Shown one piece after another: positions 8,899 through 18,095 of a stretch of 30,580 nt of DNA (positions are counted from its first letter, which is position 1; each line of letters starts with the position of its first letter). The DNA is from a virus (Duplodnaviria > Caudoviricetes), in the IMG/VR virus record IMGVR_UViG_3300017560_000174, positions 1 through 30,580 of that record; one strand, written 5' to 3'. The notes under the pieces were generated by a model that was not told the origin of the DNA, did no database searches, and saw nothing but the letters and a program-made list of their open reading frames with translations. Both the position numbers and the translations under genes were made by a program.

Positions 8899-9545
8899 CA
8901 GAGCGTCTGGATTGCTGAAAAGGAAACTGTGCCGCGGCCGGTATCTGGCGCCGATGGCGCCGACACGCTGCCGGGCACGATCAGCATCACCGCGTGCGGC
9001 CTGGTCAGAGCGACGTCGACGTCGAGCACATAGCCTGGGCGGATATAGGGCCGGACCTCGAAAGCAGAGCTGACACCGAACTCGTCGGCAACGGCATCTT
9101 CCATCGCCTGGTGCAGCGCGCGGTTACCGCCATATCCGAACGAAATATAGTCGCCCGTCGAAACCTTGTAGCCTTCAAGCAAACCGCCAAGTGTCACGGT
9201 CTTACTGCCGGTGACTGACCGCAGGCTGGCGAGGCCATCGAACTCGCCGCCCGTCGGCCACGAACCGCGCGGATAGGCTATCGGGTAGCACGCGGTCATG
9301 TCGTAGCCGATGAGCTGCCGCCCGCCATTCTCCAGCGCCGCCAACCGCGCCTTCCACGCTTTCAATTCGTTCGGTTGCAGCGAGCGGCTTCTGACGTCCA
9401 TCGCCCACAACGCCGGCCCCAGATCGGCGACTACCTGACGGCCTCCGCGCAGTGGTGAAACCTCCTGCAGGTATTGCAACTCAAAGCGCGTGGTGGTGCC
9501 GGGGAAGCCGGCGAGGATGTCGAGGGGATAAATGATCGCCATCAC
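8898..9545 (-). CDS. Distal tail protein (Dit)
   Basis: 215 aa directly after tape measure; DLGPALW...W.A.L..L..G pattern. Confidence 0.75.
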   Translation of the reverse strand: MMAIIYPLDILAGFPGTTTRFELQYLQEVSPLRGGRQVVADLGPALWAMDVRSRSLQPNELKAWKARLAALENGGRQLIGYDMTACYPIAYPRGSWPTGGEFDGLASLRSVTGSKTVTLGGLLEGYKVSTGDYISFGYGGNRALHQAMEDAVADEFGVSSAFEVRPYIRPGYVLDVDVALTRPHAVMLIVPGSVSAPSAPDTGRGTVSFSAIQTL

Positions 9546-11623
9546 ATCCCCCGCCGCGACTGCGCTTCCTTGATCGCCTGCACGGCCCGGACCTTGAACG
9601 CAGCCCGGTCCTCCGCCTGCGCCCGGCGCAATTCGTCGATCGCTTTCGGGTCTGCTCCCTGCGCGACGTTATAGACAGGGCTGTAGCTGATGCTGACGGC
9701 GCCGCTCGGCACGATCGACGGCGTATTGCCGACATAGCCGCCGGTGGCGAAGCTGCGCCGCAGCCGCTCGAGATTCGGCACGCCAATCCGGCGTGTCGCG
9801 TCAGCGTCGAACACATACTCGCCTTTGTGGACGACGCCAGCCGGCTGATATTTGCCGCCGACGCCGGTAAATCCGCCAGCATCGAAGCCGGGCACCGGGC
9901 CGCCTTCCGAGAAGCCAAACAGGCCGCTCATCCCCTTGGCAATCGGCCCCAGAACCGTCGCGCGCAGAATGATGCGCGCAATATCGTTGAGGATCGACGC
10001 CGTCATCTGTCGGAAGGCATCTTCTGCACTTTTCGACCCATCGATGACGGACATCAGGGAGTCCTCGAATTCCCGCAACCCGGACACGGCTGCATTCTCA
10101 AGCTGCTTGTTCGTGTCGGCCGCCTCGCGTGCGAATGCCCGCAAGGGAGAATTTGCAGCCTCCGCAGCCTGCGCCGACCGAAACATCGCATCGGCCATTT
10201 GATCAATCGTGGCGCGCTGCTGGGCGGTCACCTCCGCATTCTTCATGCCGGCGGCGGTATTCGCAGCCTTGGCCGCAGTCTCCAGTTCAGCGACCAGCTT
10301 GGCGCGCTCGCGCGCCGCAACACCCTGGTCGATGACCGCGGTTTCTGCCTTCTGCACCTCGATCCGCTTTTGCGCGGCGGCTACGGCACGCTCAAAGGAA
10401 TCGACGCCAACCGTATTTTTCTTGTCTTTGTCCTTGTCGGGAACAGCGAAGTCATTGAGGCTGATCTTCTTCGAGGAAAAAGCGGCGAAGGCGTCGTCGA
10501 ACTTGCTCGCTCCGGTCGCCTTCTTCGCCGCCGTCACCTCGACATTGGCCTTGCGCATCGCGTCGGCCAGGGCCTCGATACCCTGGACCCGCGCATCGAT
10601 CGCATCGCGCGCTGCGGACTTTGCAGGCGATTTCGAAGCGTCGAAAAGAAATTCATACAAATTCTGAAACGACGGGTCGTTCCAGAGATTCCGCGCCGCC
10701 GCGCCCAGCTCATCGATCCTGTCGGTACCGCCGCGCGATTTCCCAAGCTGTTCGAACGCGCCGGCCAACTTCATGACCACAAACGCGAGCGTATCGAGGA
10801 TATCCGTGGCCGACCGGCTTGCCCCGGTCGTCTCGTTAATGCGCTTGGCGGCGTCGACCGCCGCATTCTGAAGGCGTTCAAACCCCTGCGCGACGGTCAG
10901 CGACGCGCCCGCCACCTGCGTATTGAGCAAAACCGCGCCAGCCTCGAAGCCGCGGAAGAACGCGGCGGACGACACCTTTCCGTCGTTCACGAGCTGGCGC
11001 AGCTTCGACACCGAACCCCCCGCCTCCTCGATACCGGCGGCAGCCGCCTGCACGATCGGCAGTGCGCCTTCCAGCATCGAATTGAACTCTTGCGCACGAA
11101 CGACGCCTGAGCCCAGGGCCTGCGATAGCTGCAGCAATGCGCCTGACGATTCCTGAGCCGACCGCCCCGAGACACGAAGTGCCGTCGAGATATTGTCGGT
11201 GAAACGCAGCAGTTCCTCGGTAGACACCCCGAGGTCCTTCTGCACCATCGCGGCACGCCCATAGAGCGTTACCAGCGCCTCAAGCGGTGCCGCGTTCTTT
11301 TGGGCCGAACGGAACAAACCGTCATAGACCTTCGACAGTTCTTCGCCGGAGAGGCCCGCGACCTTCAACGCGTTGTCGATGCGCGTCGCGGAATCGATCA
11401 GCCGTTGCGCCTCCCGGATCGAAAACGCACCCGCGAGCCCGGCAGACACCCGCTTTCCGAGACCGGCGAAAGTCCCGTCGACCTTTTTGCCAAGATCGTC
11501 GAACTGCTTCTCGATCTTCTTGGTGCTGGCGCCGCTGTCCGCCTCCAGCTTTTTCAGCGCACGCATGATCTGGCGCGTGTCCGCTGAAATCGAGAGGACC
11601 ATCTGCTCGAGGTCGTCAGCCAT
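9542..11623 (-). CDS. Tail tape measure protein
   Basis: 693 aa Ala-rich; tape-measure domain (ALLQLSQALGSGVVRAQEFNSMLE); C-terminal FDAGGFTG.GGKYQPAGVVHKGEYVF lambda-like motif. Confidence 0.95.
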   Translation of the reverse strand: MADDLEQMVLSISADTRQIMRALKKLEADSGASTKKIEKQFDDLGKKVDGTFAGLGKRVSAGLAGAFSIREAQRLIDSATRIDNALKVAGLSGEELSKVYDGLFRSAQKNAAPLEALVTLYGRAAMVQKDLGVSTEELLRFTDNISTALRVSGRSAQESSGALLQLSQALGSGVVRAQEFNSMLEGALPIVQAAAAGIEEAGGSVSKLRQLVNDGKVSSAAFFRGFEAGAVLLNTQVAGASLTVAQGFERLQNAAVDAAKRINETTGASRSATDILDTLAFVVMKLAGAFEQLGKSRGGTDRIDELGAAARNLWNDPSFQNLYEFLFDASKSPAKSAARDAIDARVQGIEALADAMRKANVEVTAAKKATGASKFDDAFAAFSSKKISLNDFAVPDKDKDKKNTVGVDSFERAVAAAQKRIEVQKAETAVIDQGVAARERAKLVAELETAAKAANTAAGMKNAEVTAQQRATIDQMADAMFRSAQAAEAANSPLRAFAREAADTNKQLENAAVSGLREFEDSLMSVIDGSKSAEDAFRQMTASILNDIARIILRATVLGPIAKGMSGLFGFSEGGPVPGFDAGGFTGVGGKYQPAGVVHKGEYVFDADATRRIGVPNLERLRRSFATGGYVGNTPSIVPSGAVSISYSPVYNVAQGADPKAIDELRRAQAEDRAAFKVRAVQAIKEAQSRRGM

Positions 11624-11865
11624 CAGCCATATCTCTCCAGCAGCTTCGCCATCTCGTCATCGTCCGGCGCTTCGGTCTTCAACACGTCCGGATGCATTTC
11701 GTGGAACGCATCCACCGCTGCGAAAAACTCCGTCACCGTCGCAGACCAGAACTCGGCCGGCCGCCAGCCCAGCGGGCCGACTGCCGATTTCAGCCAGTCG
11801 ATGAATGGGAAGGGCTCATCGTCACCGGCGCCGCCGCGCCTTCCTCGACGGCTTCGGCTTTTCCC
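11623..11865 (-). CDS. Tail assembly chaperone gpT part (C-terminal part of gpGT, via -1 frameshift)
   Basis: -1 frame relative to gpG from the slippery site; LGWRPAEFWSATVTEF motif; TGATG coupling to tape measure. Confidence 0.85.
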   Translation of the reverse strand, partial: GKSRSRRGRRGGAGDDEPFPFIDWLKSAVGPLGWRPAEFWSATVTEFFAAVDAFHEMHPDVLKTEAPDDDEMAKLLERYG

Positions 11866-12167
11866 TCGCTGACCTTCAGGTGATGACTGAGCGCCGCAGC
11901 GAACGCCTTGGCGCACGCCGGAAAGTCGCTCAGTGATAGCTCTTTCGCCGCACGCTCACCGTCGCCCTTGACGGCCAGATGCTGCACCGCCGCCAAAGTT
12001 GCCGCGACCTCGACGCCGAGCAGGCGCTGATAGAGGTCAGTAAAGGACTTGCACCCAATCGCGGTCGAGACGGCCGACAGACGGCTCATCTCGGCCGCAA
12101 TCACCAGATCGACCGACCCGACGGACAAAGGCGCCTCGCCCCGCGCCTCGTTGACTGGCAAACCCAT
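11790..12167 (-). CDS. Tail assembly chaperone gpG
   Basis: 125 aa, VNEARGE motif; lies between tail tube and tape measure. Confidence 0.85.
   Translation of the reverse strand: MGLPVNEARGEAPLSVGSVDLVIAAEMSRLSAVSTAIGCKSFTDLYQRLLGVEVAATLAAVQHLAVKGDGERAAKELSLSDFPACAKAFAAALSHHLKVSEGKAEAVEEGAAAPVTMSPSHSSTG
11859..11865 (-). promoter_or_regulatory. Programmed -1 ribosomal frameshift heptamer G GGA AAA
   Basis: X XXY YYZ in gpG frame (GAG GGA AAA); lambda G/GT uses GGGAAAG; the -1 frame is the open gpT ORF. Confidence 0.85.
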
Positions 12168-12170
12168 GGC

Positions 12171-12857
12171 TTAAGCCGCGATCACGTCGGCGGTGCCACC
12201 CGAGCTGACGGTTACGTTGCCGGAACTGTTGGTGCCGGTGACCGCCACGGTGATGGTCTTGCCGACGTCGCCGACGACCACCTCATAGGTCTGACTGGTC
12301 GCGCCGGCGATGTTCGCGCCATCCAGTTTCCACTGATAGGTGAAGACGGGAGAGCCCGACCAGGTGCCCGTGCGCACCGTGAGCGTCTGGCCTTCCTGGG
12401 CGATACCGGCAATCGACGGCAGCAAGGTATTGGCGGGCGCTCCGGCCTCCGGCGTGAAGATCAGCGGCCCGGCAGCGGTGAATGTACCTGAGAACTCCAG
12501 CGTTCCTTCCATCTCGCCCGAGTACTCGAAGTCCGACACCATCCATGGCCCGGTATAGGTACCGTCGCCAGGCACAACGGCCTGCCCATCGAAGATCGAA
12601 CCCGCCCGGACGTGCGACATCAACCGCGCGGCGACCTCGCCCGAAATGAACGTGCCGGACCCTGCGAACGATCGATTCACGATGCCCGGCTCCGCCGTCT
12701 TCTGAACGGGGCCACCCGGATTCTCGCAGTCGGGCGTCGTCGTATCGACCTCATTGGCCGACAGGTTGAAGCTACGCGTCTTCAGCCCGCAAAGGTTATC
12801 GTACTCTCCCGCGTTGCCGATCTTAAACAGCAACAGACGGCCTTTTTCCTTCGCCAT
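12171..12857 (-). CDS. Major tail (tube) protein with C-terminal Ig-like domain
   Basis: Start MAKEKG at 12857 (AAGGA RBS); GLKTRSFNLSANEVDTTTPDC motif; Ig-like PSIAG...GQTLT...GTW...YQW..DG..IAGAT..TY. Confidence 0.9.
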   Translation of the reverse strand: MAKEKGRLLLFKIGNAGEYDNLCGLKTRSFNLSANEVDTTTPDCENPGGPVQKTAEPGIVNRSFAGSGTFISGEVAARLMSHVRAGSIFDGQAVVPGDGTYTGPWMVSDFEYSGEMEGTLEFSGTFTAAGPLIFTPEAGAPANTLLPSIAGIAQEGQTLTVRTGTWSGSPVFTYQWKLDGANIAGATSQTYEVVVGDVGKTITVAVTGTNSSGNVTVSSGGTADVIAA

Positions 12858-12926
12858 TTTCGTCATCCTTTCATGACAAAGGCCCCGCAGCGTGCAGGGC
12901 TGATAGACTGAGAATTTGTGTGCGAA

Positions 12927-13346
12927 CTACTCGGTGACGTGCGCGACCAGCTCGATCACGCCATGACTCGTCAGGCCGTCCGGGTCCCGAAATACCCGCG
13001 TCTGGCGATGCTGGAGCGTGACCAGCCGGTTCGTCGGGAGCGGCGCATCCCAATTGTGCAGTGACGAAACGATCGCATGAGCAATCTGCCTGGTTTCAAC
13101 GAATCCGGGCTTTCGCGACCAGACGTCCAAATTGAATGCGATCTCGACGCCGGCAAGGCACTGCACGTCATCCTGCAGTTCGTCGCTGTCGGCGATTCCC
13201 ACGAAGGGAAAATCTGCTGTCACCGCGCCATTGCTGCCTCGCGGCACATGGTCATAGACACGTTCACCAACCAGCGCCACGACGGCGTCATCCGCCTTCA
13301 GTCGCGTCACGATGGCTCCCTGCAATTCATAGGACGGTGATGCCAT
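12927..13346 (-). CDS. Tail terminator / completion protein (DUF3168)
   Basis: LQGAI..RL...VG.RVYD.VP; RDPDGLTSHGV motif. Confidence 0.85.
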   Translation of the reverse strand: MASPSYELQGAIVTRLKADDAVVALVGERVYDHVPRGSNGAVTADFPFVGIADSDELQDDVQCLAGVEIAFNLDVWSRKPGFVETRQIAHAIVSSLHNWDAPLPTNRLVTLQHRQTRVFRDPDGLTSHGVIELVAHVTE

Positions 13347-13756
13347 CAGGACTTCGCCCGTTTCACGGCCTTGTTGACCGCTGCCGCCAACTTACGGCGC
13401 GCTACCTTGCGATAGGCCCGCCACGTCGGGAAAATATGTGGACGTTTCGTCATATGCACCGTGCCAAACTCAAGAAAGCGCCAGATGAATTTGGCAAAGA
13501 CCCCGGTGGCGTTCTTGTCCTTCGAGTCACGAAGCCCGATCAGCTGCTGACGGGGCCGGTTGGCGATGCGGTCGGCCTCGATACTGCCCGCGTAATCTCC
13601 GGTCGCGCCGCGCGGTGCCCGCGCAGCGATCCGGCGCGCCGCTTCCTGCGCAACCTCCATCTGAGTTTGCGCCAGCTCGCGCTCGGCATCGGGCACCATG
13701 CGGTTGAGCTTGAGCATGACGGCCTCGCGCCCTCGAAATTTGGCCTTGGTCGCCAT
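13346..13756 (-). CDS. HK97 gp10-like tail completion protein
   Basis: AP..TG...SI and RFLEFGT..M..RP..FP motifs. Confidence 0.85.
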   Translation of the reverse strand: MATKAKFRGREAVMLKLNRMVPDAERELAQTQMEVAQEAARRIAARAPRGATGDYAGSIEADRIANRPRQQLIGLRDSKDKNATGVFAKFIWRFLEFGTVHMTKRPHIFPTWRAYRKVARRKLAAAVNKAVKRAKS

Positions 13757-14100
13757 CAGGCCGCCACGCCGCGCTCACAAAGCAACGAGATCCACTGCCG
13801 ATCGGTTTCGCACGTCACGTCGCGCACGGCCCACGCGGTACCATCATGCGCATCGACTAGCCGCCAATCGGAATTGAGCTGGCGCGTTTGGCTCGACGCC
13901 CGCACGGTGATGATGATTGGATGCCTATTTTCGAGACGTGAGGCGATGACGGTTTCGCCGCCACGCAGGTGGCGGTAAGCGGCGCGAACCGTGAATTGCG
14001 TGGCGAAGTCGCCGACGGTATTTCCGGCGCCGTCGTCGATCTGGACCCGCTTTTGGCAGTGGATCTTGTAACGTAGATCGCCTGCGGTGATTTCCGCCAT
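13756..14100 (-). CDS. Head closure / head-tail adaptor (SPP1 gp16-like)
   Basis: Start MAEITAGDLR at 14100 (TGATG overlap); DDGAGN and LRGGETVIASRL motifs. Confidence 0.85.
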   Translation of the reverse strand: MAEITAGDLRYKIHCQKRVQIDDGAGNTVGDFATQFTVRAAYRHLRGGETVIASRLENRHPIIITVRASSQTRQLNSDWRLVDAHDGTAWAVRDVTCETDRQWISLLCERGVAA

Positions 14101-14651
14101 CACGCGCCCCGGCGGAAGTTGCACAGCAGAGCATCAAAAGCGGTCCAACCGCCCTGCGCATCATTTTCGCGTTTTGCATAGGCGTCAGCAATCCACAGCA
14201 GCATCGCGTGTCTGATAGCCGCCGGGACAGTATCGTAGCCAACGAGCATCGTGACGGTGACGCGCGACCGGGACAGGATCGCTGGCCAGCGTTGCCCCGC
14301 CTTCAGAACGATTGCTGCTTCCAGGCCATCGCCGCACTGCCGCAACTCATAGACCGTATCAGATAGCGTCTGCTCATCACCGGCCGGATCGACGTATCCG
14401 ATGGAGACGATCTCCTGCACGGGCGCCTCGGGCAGTCGGTCGAAATCGCCAAAGCTGTCGCAACGCAGCGTCAGGACGCGCTCGGCGAGCTGGATGCCGC
14501 AATACGCCTCGACATAGGACCGTGCTGCCTCGATCAGCCGGGCAATCAGCGCGTCGTCATCTGAATGATCGACAATCGCTTGCGCCTTGACCTCGGCAGC
14601 CGTGACCGGCTCGCCGGAGGGTGGCGTGTCGACAGACGCCGGATACCACAT
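14100..14651 (-). CDS. Head-tail connector (HK97 gp6/SPP1 gp15-like)
   Basis: EPVTAAEVKAQ..VD..DDDALI..LI.AAR..VE; VPAAIRHAMLL.IA..Y..RE. Confidence 0.9.
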   Translation of the reverse strand: MWYPASVDTPPSGEPVTAAEVKAQAIVDHSDDDALIARLIEAARSYVEAYCGIQLAERVLTLRCDSFGDFDRLPEAPVQEIVSIGYVDPAGDEQTLSDTVYELRQCGDGLEAAIVLKAGQRWPAILSRSRVTVTMLVGYDTVPAAIRHAMLLWIADAYAKRENDAQGGWTAFDALLCNFRRGA

Positions 14652-14857
14652 CAATCGTCTTTCCTCGGCCGGCCGCGGCGGCGGGTTTCCTGCGCCGGGT
14701 GCGCATCGGTCGTCTCGATCTCGTCCGCGAGCGCTGGCACGGCGTAGCCCGCCTCGATCATCCGAATGGCCTCGCTTTTGGAGAACCGCTCGGTCTCGTC
14801 GCCCACAGACAACGCGAAGTCTGCGCCGGCCATACTGACGAGCATCCTGATTTTCAT
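14651..14857 (-). CDS. Small hypothetical protein after capsid gene
   Basis: 68 aa, GGAG RBS; EAIRMIEAGYA and RGRPRK motifs typical at this position. Confidence 0.7.
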   Translation of the reverse strand: MKIRMLVSMAGADFALSVGDETERFSKSEAIRMIEAGYAVPALADEIETTDAHPAQETRRRGRPRKDD

Positions 14858-14870
14858 GGCAATCTCCTTA

Positions 14871-14901
14871 GAAAGGAACGGGCGGCCGAAGCCGCCCGCT
14901 C
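14871..14901 (-). terminator. Intrinsic terminator-like hairpin after major capsid gene
   Basis: CGGGCGGC-TTCG-GCCGCCCG (cUUCGg loop) followed by TTCCTTTC. Confidence 0.65.
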
Positions 14902-14908
14902 AGACCGC

Positions 14909-16180
14909 TTAGGTAGCGGCGGTGATCAGATGCTTGACCGCGGCATTGTCGCCGAGCTTGCCATCGAGACGGATCAGGCCCAACAGGCCAATATCCGGCG
15001 CAAACCGCTCGCGCGCGACGAACATCACGACGCCGCCGACCTTGCGGACGAAGTACTTGCCGAAGTCGCCGAACAGCATGACCTTCTTGGCAGCCGCCAG
15101 CGAGTCCATCGCCTGGTTGATGGAGTAGCGGTAGCCGAGAATACTGCCTGGCACGCCGTTCTGCACGTCGCCAGCGGTCCAGATGTAACGGTTTTCAGCG
15201 TCCTTAAGCTTGCGCAGCGCGCCAAGGATGCTGTCGTTGAACATGAACCGCACCTTCGGCGACTGGCGATAGGCTGGATCGACCGAATGCACGAGGTCAA
15301 TCACCTCGTCATACGTGATCGCGGCCGTCGCCGTGGCGGTCTTGCCAAGGCTGGAGCCGGTGACAATCCCGCTCGGATCGCCGGTGCCGTCACCGGTGGT
15401 CAACTCGGCGTTGGCGCGGCGACCGAGGCGCTGGCCGAGCAGGTCGCCGAGAAGGGTCTCAAAATTGAAGATTGAATCCTGCGCCAGTTCCCACGAAAAC
15501 TTCACCCACTTGGTGTCGTAGGCGTAGGCGTTGAGAGTCTTCTTGCCGAAGACGGCATCAGCACTGCCGTCATCCGTGACAGCCCCAGCCTCGGTGTGCT
15601 GGGCAACCGCCGTCGTCGTGTCGTCGTTGGTCGGAATGTCGATGGGATTGCCGCTGGCGGTATTCATCACCGTGCAGATATCCTCGTCGTACATCGGCCC
15701 CCACATTTTCATGGTCCGAATGAGCTGGTTGCTCAGTTCGGTCGGGACCGTGTAGCCGCCCGCCGCCGGCGTACCGACGGTCTGCGCGCGGATTTCCTTC
15801 GGCGCCGAGCCCCCCTGCAACGCGGCGCGCTCCTCGGCGGTCAGGGCCGACAGGTCGCCGGCCACCTGCACATAACGGTGGAAGGCGTGGCGATAGTCGA
15901 TCTTGTCGCCATCGTCCTGGCCGCTCCCCTCGCCGTCGGCCGGAATCGGCCGCTGCTTGGCGCGAGACTCTTCGGCCTTCTTTTCGGCCGCGGCAACCCG
16001 CTCTTCGCGCTCGATCTGCTTTTCAAGCCGATCGTACTCGGCCATTGCGGCGTCGTGCTGGGTCTCCAACTCCTTGGCGCGCGTCTCGTCGGTCGCGGCC
16101 GTGATCTGATCGAGTCGTTCGCGAGCCTCAGCAACGATGGTCGTCTGCTTCTCGCGCAGTTCCTTGATCCGATTGCTCAT
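14909..16180 (-). CDS. Major capsid protein, HK97 fold with N-terminal delta (scaffold) domain
   Basis: 423 aa; coiled N-terminus; GGYTVP, S.ELAQDS.F, GDGTG.PSGI, LRKLKD...RYIW and FGDF motifs. Confidence 0.95.
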   Translation of the reverse strand: MSNRIKELREKQTTIVAEARERLDQITAATDETRAKELETQHDAAMAEYDRLEKQIEREERVAAAEKKAEESRAKQRPIPADGEGSGQDDGDKIDYRHAFHRYVQVAGDLSALTAEERAALQGGSAPKEIRAQTVGTPAAGGYTVPTELSNQLIRTMKMWGPMYDEDICTVMNTASGNPIDIPTNDDTTTAVAQHTEAGAVTDDGSADAVFGKKTLNAYAYDTKWVKFSWELAQDSIFNFETLLGDLLGQRLGRRANAELTTGDGTGDPSGIVTGSSLGKTATATAAITYDEVIDLVHSVDPAYRQSPKVRFMFNDSILGALRKLKDAENRYIWTAGDVQNGVPGSILGYRYSINQAMDSLAAAKKVMLFGDFGKYFVRKVGGVVMFVARERFAPDIGLLGLIRLDGKLGDNAAVKHLITAAT

Positions 16181-16231
16181 CGGTTCATCCTTTCAACGAA
16201 GTGGTGTGGGATTGGGCTTCGGCGCGCGGGC

Positions 16232-16843
16232 CTAGGCTTTACTCATCGCCCGCGTGCGCAGGTCGATGGAAATTTTCATGCCGATCCGCTTTGCGGCTGC
16301 GCTGAAATTCTGCTGGCGGCGCTCCTTGCGAGCGTTCTCCAGCGAGCGAAGCGCGATGCTTGTGCCTTCGTAAGCAGGCTCCGAAACAATGCTTACTTCG
16401 TACAGATCGACTTCCAAAATGGTGCGTTTTGTCGGATCGGCGGTTTCGTCCCATTCCTGCCTTGAGACAACGACGCCGATGGACATCCCGGAAATGTCAC
16501 CACGTTCGATAAGCGTCGTGACGTCACGACCATCCGACGTATCCGGAAGGTCGATTTCAACCCGAAGTCCTTTGTCATCCTCTCCAAGCCGCAAAGTCCC
16601 GGAGGACGTTCGGCCCAGCACGCGCCCGCGGTCATGGTCGAAGTATGCCCTGACATCCGCAGTGCGCAGCGTTCTCGTAAACGCCCCCCGCGAAACTACT
16701 TCCTGAAAATAACCGCCAATGTCGGCTACTTCGCCGAAAATGGCCGCGTAACCGACGACCGTCGCAGGGCCATTCTCATTCGCGCGAAATTCGACCGGCC
16801 GAACCAGCGAGCGCAGCTCCACCCCATCAGGCTTCGTCGTCAT
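16232..16843 (-). CDS. Prohead protease (HK97 family)
   Basis: Start MTTKP at 16843 (GGAG RBS); GYAAIF, FDHD...LGRT, RGDISGMS.G and EVSIV..PAY motifs. Confidence 0.92.
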   Translation of the reverse strand: MTTKPDGVELRSLVRPVEFRANENGPATVVGYAAIFGEVADIGGYFQEVVSRGAFTRTLRTADVRAYFDHDRGRVLGRTSSGTLRLGEDDKGLRVEIDLPDTSDGRDVTTLIERGDISGMSIGVVVSRQEWDETADPTKRTILEVDLYEVSIVSEPAYEGTSIALRSLENARKERRQQNFSAAAKRIGMKISIDLRTRAMSKA

Positions 16844-18095
16844 TCTTTTCTCCATTGTCGAGCGCAGGCCCGCCATTGTGACCAATGCCCGCCACGGGCT
16901 GCTGCCCCAGCACCACCGTCGCACCTTGAACAAGCAGTTCGTCTGCGGCCGGATTGATGTGTTTCGGCCGGTTCTCCAACGCGCGCCCCTCATTTGGCGT
17001 CATCTGCGCGGTCTGAATCGCTCGAGCAATGCCCTCAATCCGAGACTTGAAGTCGCCTCTCATCAGGCCGTCGAGGTTCAGTTCGACATAGCGTCCAGCC
17101 TTGGATCGCCCGAACAGCTTCAGATTCAACTCGTCCTCAAGCAGCCGTGCCCACTGGCCGACCAAATGCTTGACCAGATGCAAGTCCTGCTGCTCGACAT
17201 TGGCGAAGGTGCCCTTTGACAGATCCTGCAGGAAGGCCGGCGGCAACTGCCATGCACGCCCAATCTCTTGCACCTGATAGAGACGCGCCTCGGTCATTTG
17301 CCCCTTCTCGGGGTCGAAGCCGATCGGCTTCAGTTCGTAACCTGACGGAATCGTGACAATCGGCTTGCCGCTTTCGCGCGCCGTATCGATGGCTCGCTGC
17401 GTGTCTGCCAGTGCTCGCTTTACCGCCTCCGCGCCCGTCGGGAGAGGCCCGACCAGGGCCAGCGGCGGCACACCGCCGCCGGCAAAGAACGTACTGCCGT
17501 AGTCGTTCATCGCCAGCGCAAGCTGGATCGCCTTCGACGCCAACTTGATTGGACCGTAATGCGAGACCTGATCGGCCCGCAACATGAACGGGATGTCGAT
17601 TACGTCGGCAGCGGGATATTCCTTGTTCTCAAACTTGTATGTCAGATCGAAGCCGCTGCGCTTGACCGTCGTTCTGCGAGGATCCATCGGCCAAAGCGCC
17701 TCGATGTGCGGGCCGTTGCGCTCAATCCACCCAAGCCCCCGCCCGCCGGTAAACACCTGCTGCCAGAAATACTGCCAGAACTTCGCCGCCCCCATAATTT
17801 CGTTGGGAGCTTCGTGAATCGTAACAGCCGTCTTCCCGGTCAGACGGATGGGCCCGCCCTTCGTGTCGCGGTAGGCGTGCATCGGCAGCGTCGCCATAGT
17901 GCGCGACAGGAACGCGACTGCGCAGGCCACAGCCGGCACCGTCAGCGCGCTGTCGATCGTGACATTCGGCAGCTGCGCCGATTCCAGCCCGAAGAACGCC
18001 ATGAACTCGGACGTCTGCGACACCGGAACGGTCGGATTTTCGATGCTGGCGCGCGTTTCGCCGCCAGATCGGCTGATCTCGAAACCGATTTTCAT
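16827..18095 (-). CDS. Portal protein (HK97 family)
   Basis: 422 aa; VPAVACAV..LS...A.LP, FFAGGGVP, EIGRAWQLPP and MTPNEGR..EN motifs. Confidence 0.95.
   Translation of the reverse strand: MKIGFEISRSGGETRASIENPTVPVSQTSEFMAFFGLESAQLPNVTIDSALTVPAVACAVAFLSRTMATLPMHAYRDTKGGPIRLTGKTAVTIHEAPNEIMGAAKFWQYFWQQVFTGGRGLGWIERNGPHIEALWPMDPRRTTVKRSGFDLTYKFENKEYPAADVIDIPFMLRADQVSHYGPIKLASKAIQLALAMNDYGSTFFAGGGVPPLALVGPLPTGAEAVKRALADTQRAIDTARESGKPIVTIPSGYELKPIGFDPEKGQMTEARLYQVQEIGRAWQLPPAFLQDLSKGTFANVEQQDLHLVKHLVGQWARLLEDELNLKLFGRSKAGRYVELNLDGLMRGDFKSRIEGIARAIQTAQMTPNEGRALENRPKHINPAADELLVQGATVVLGQQPVAGIGHNGGPALDNGEKNDDEA

Noticed and set aside
9827-11110. 427-aa plus-strand ORF
   Set aside because: Antisense shadow of the tape measure gene
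12171-12450. Frameshift-dependent Ig domain on the tail tube protein
   Set aside because: The Ig-like domain is in the same frame as the tube domain, so no recoding is needed
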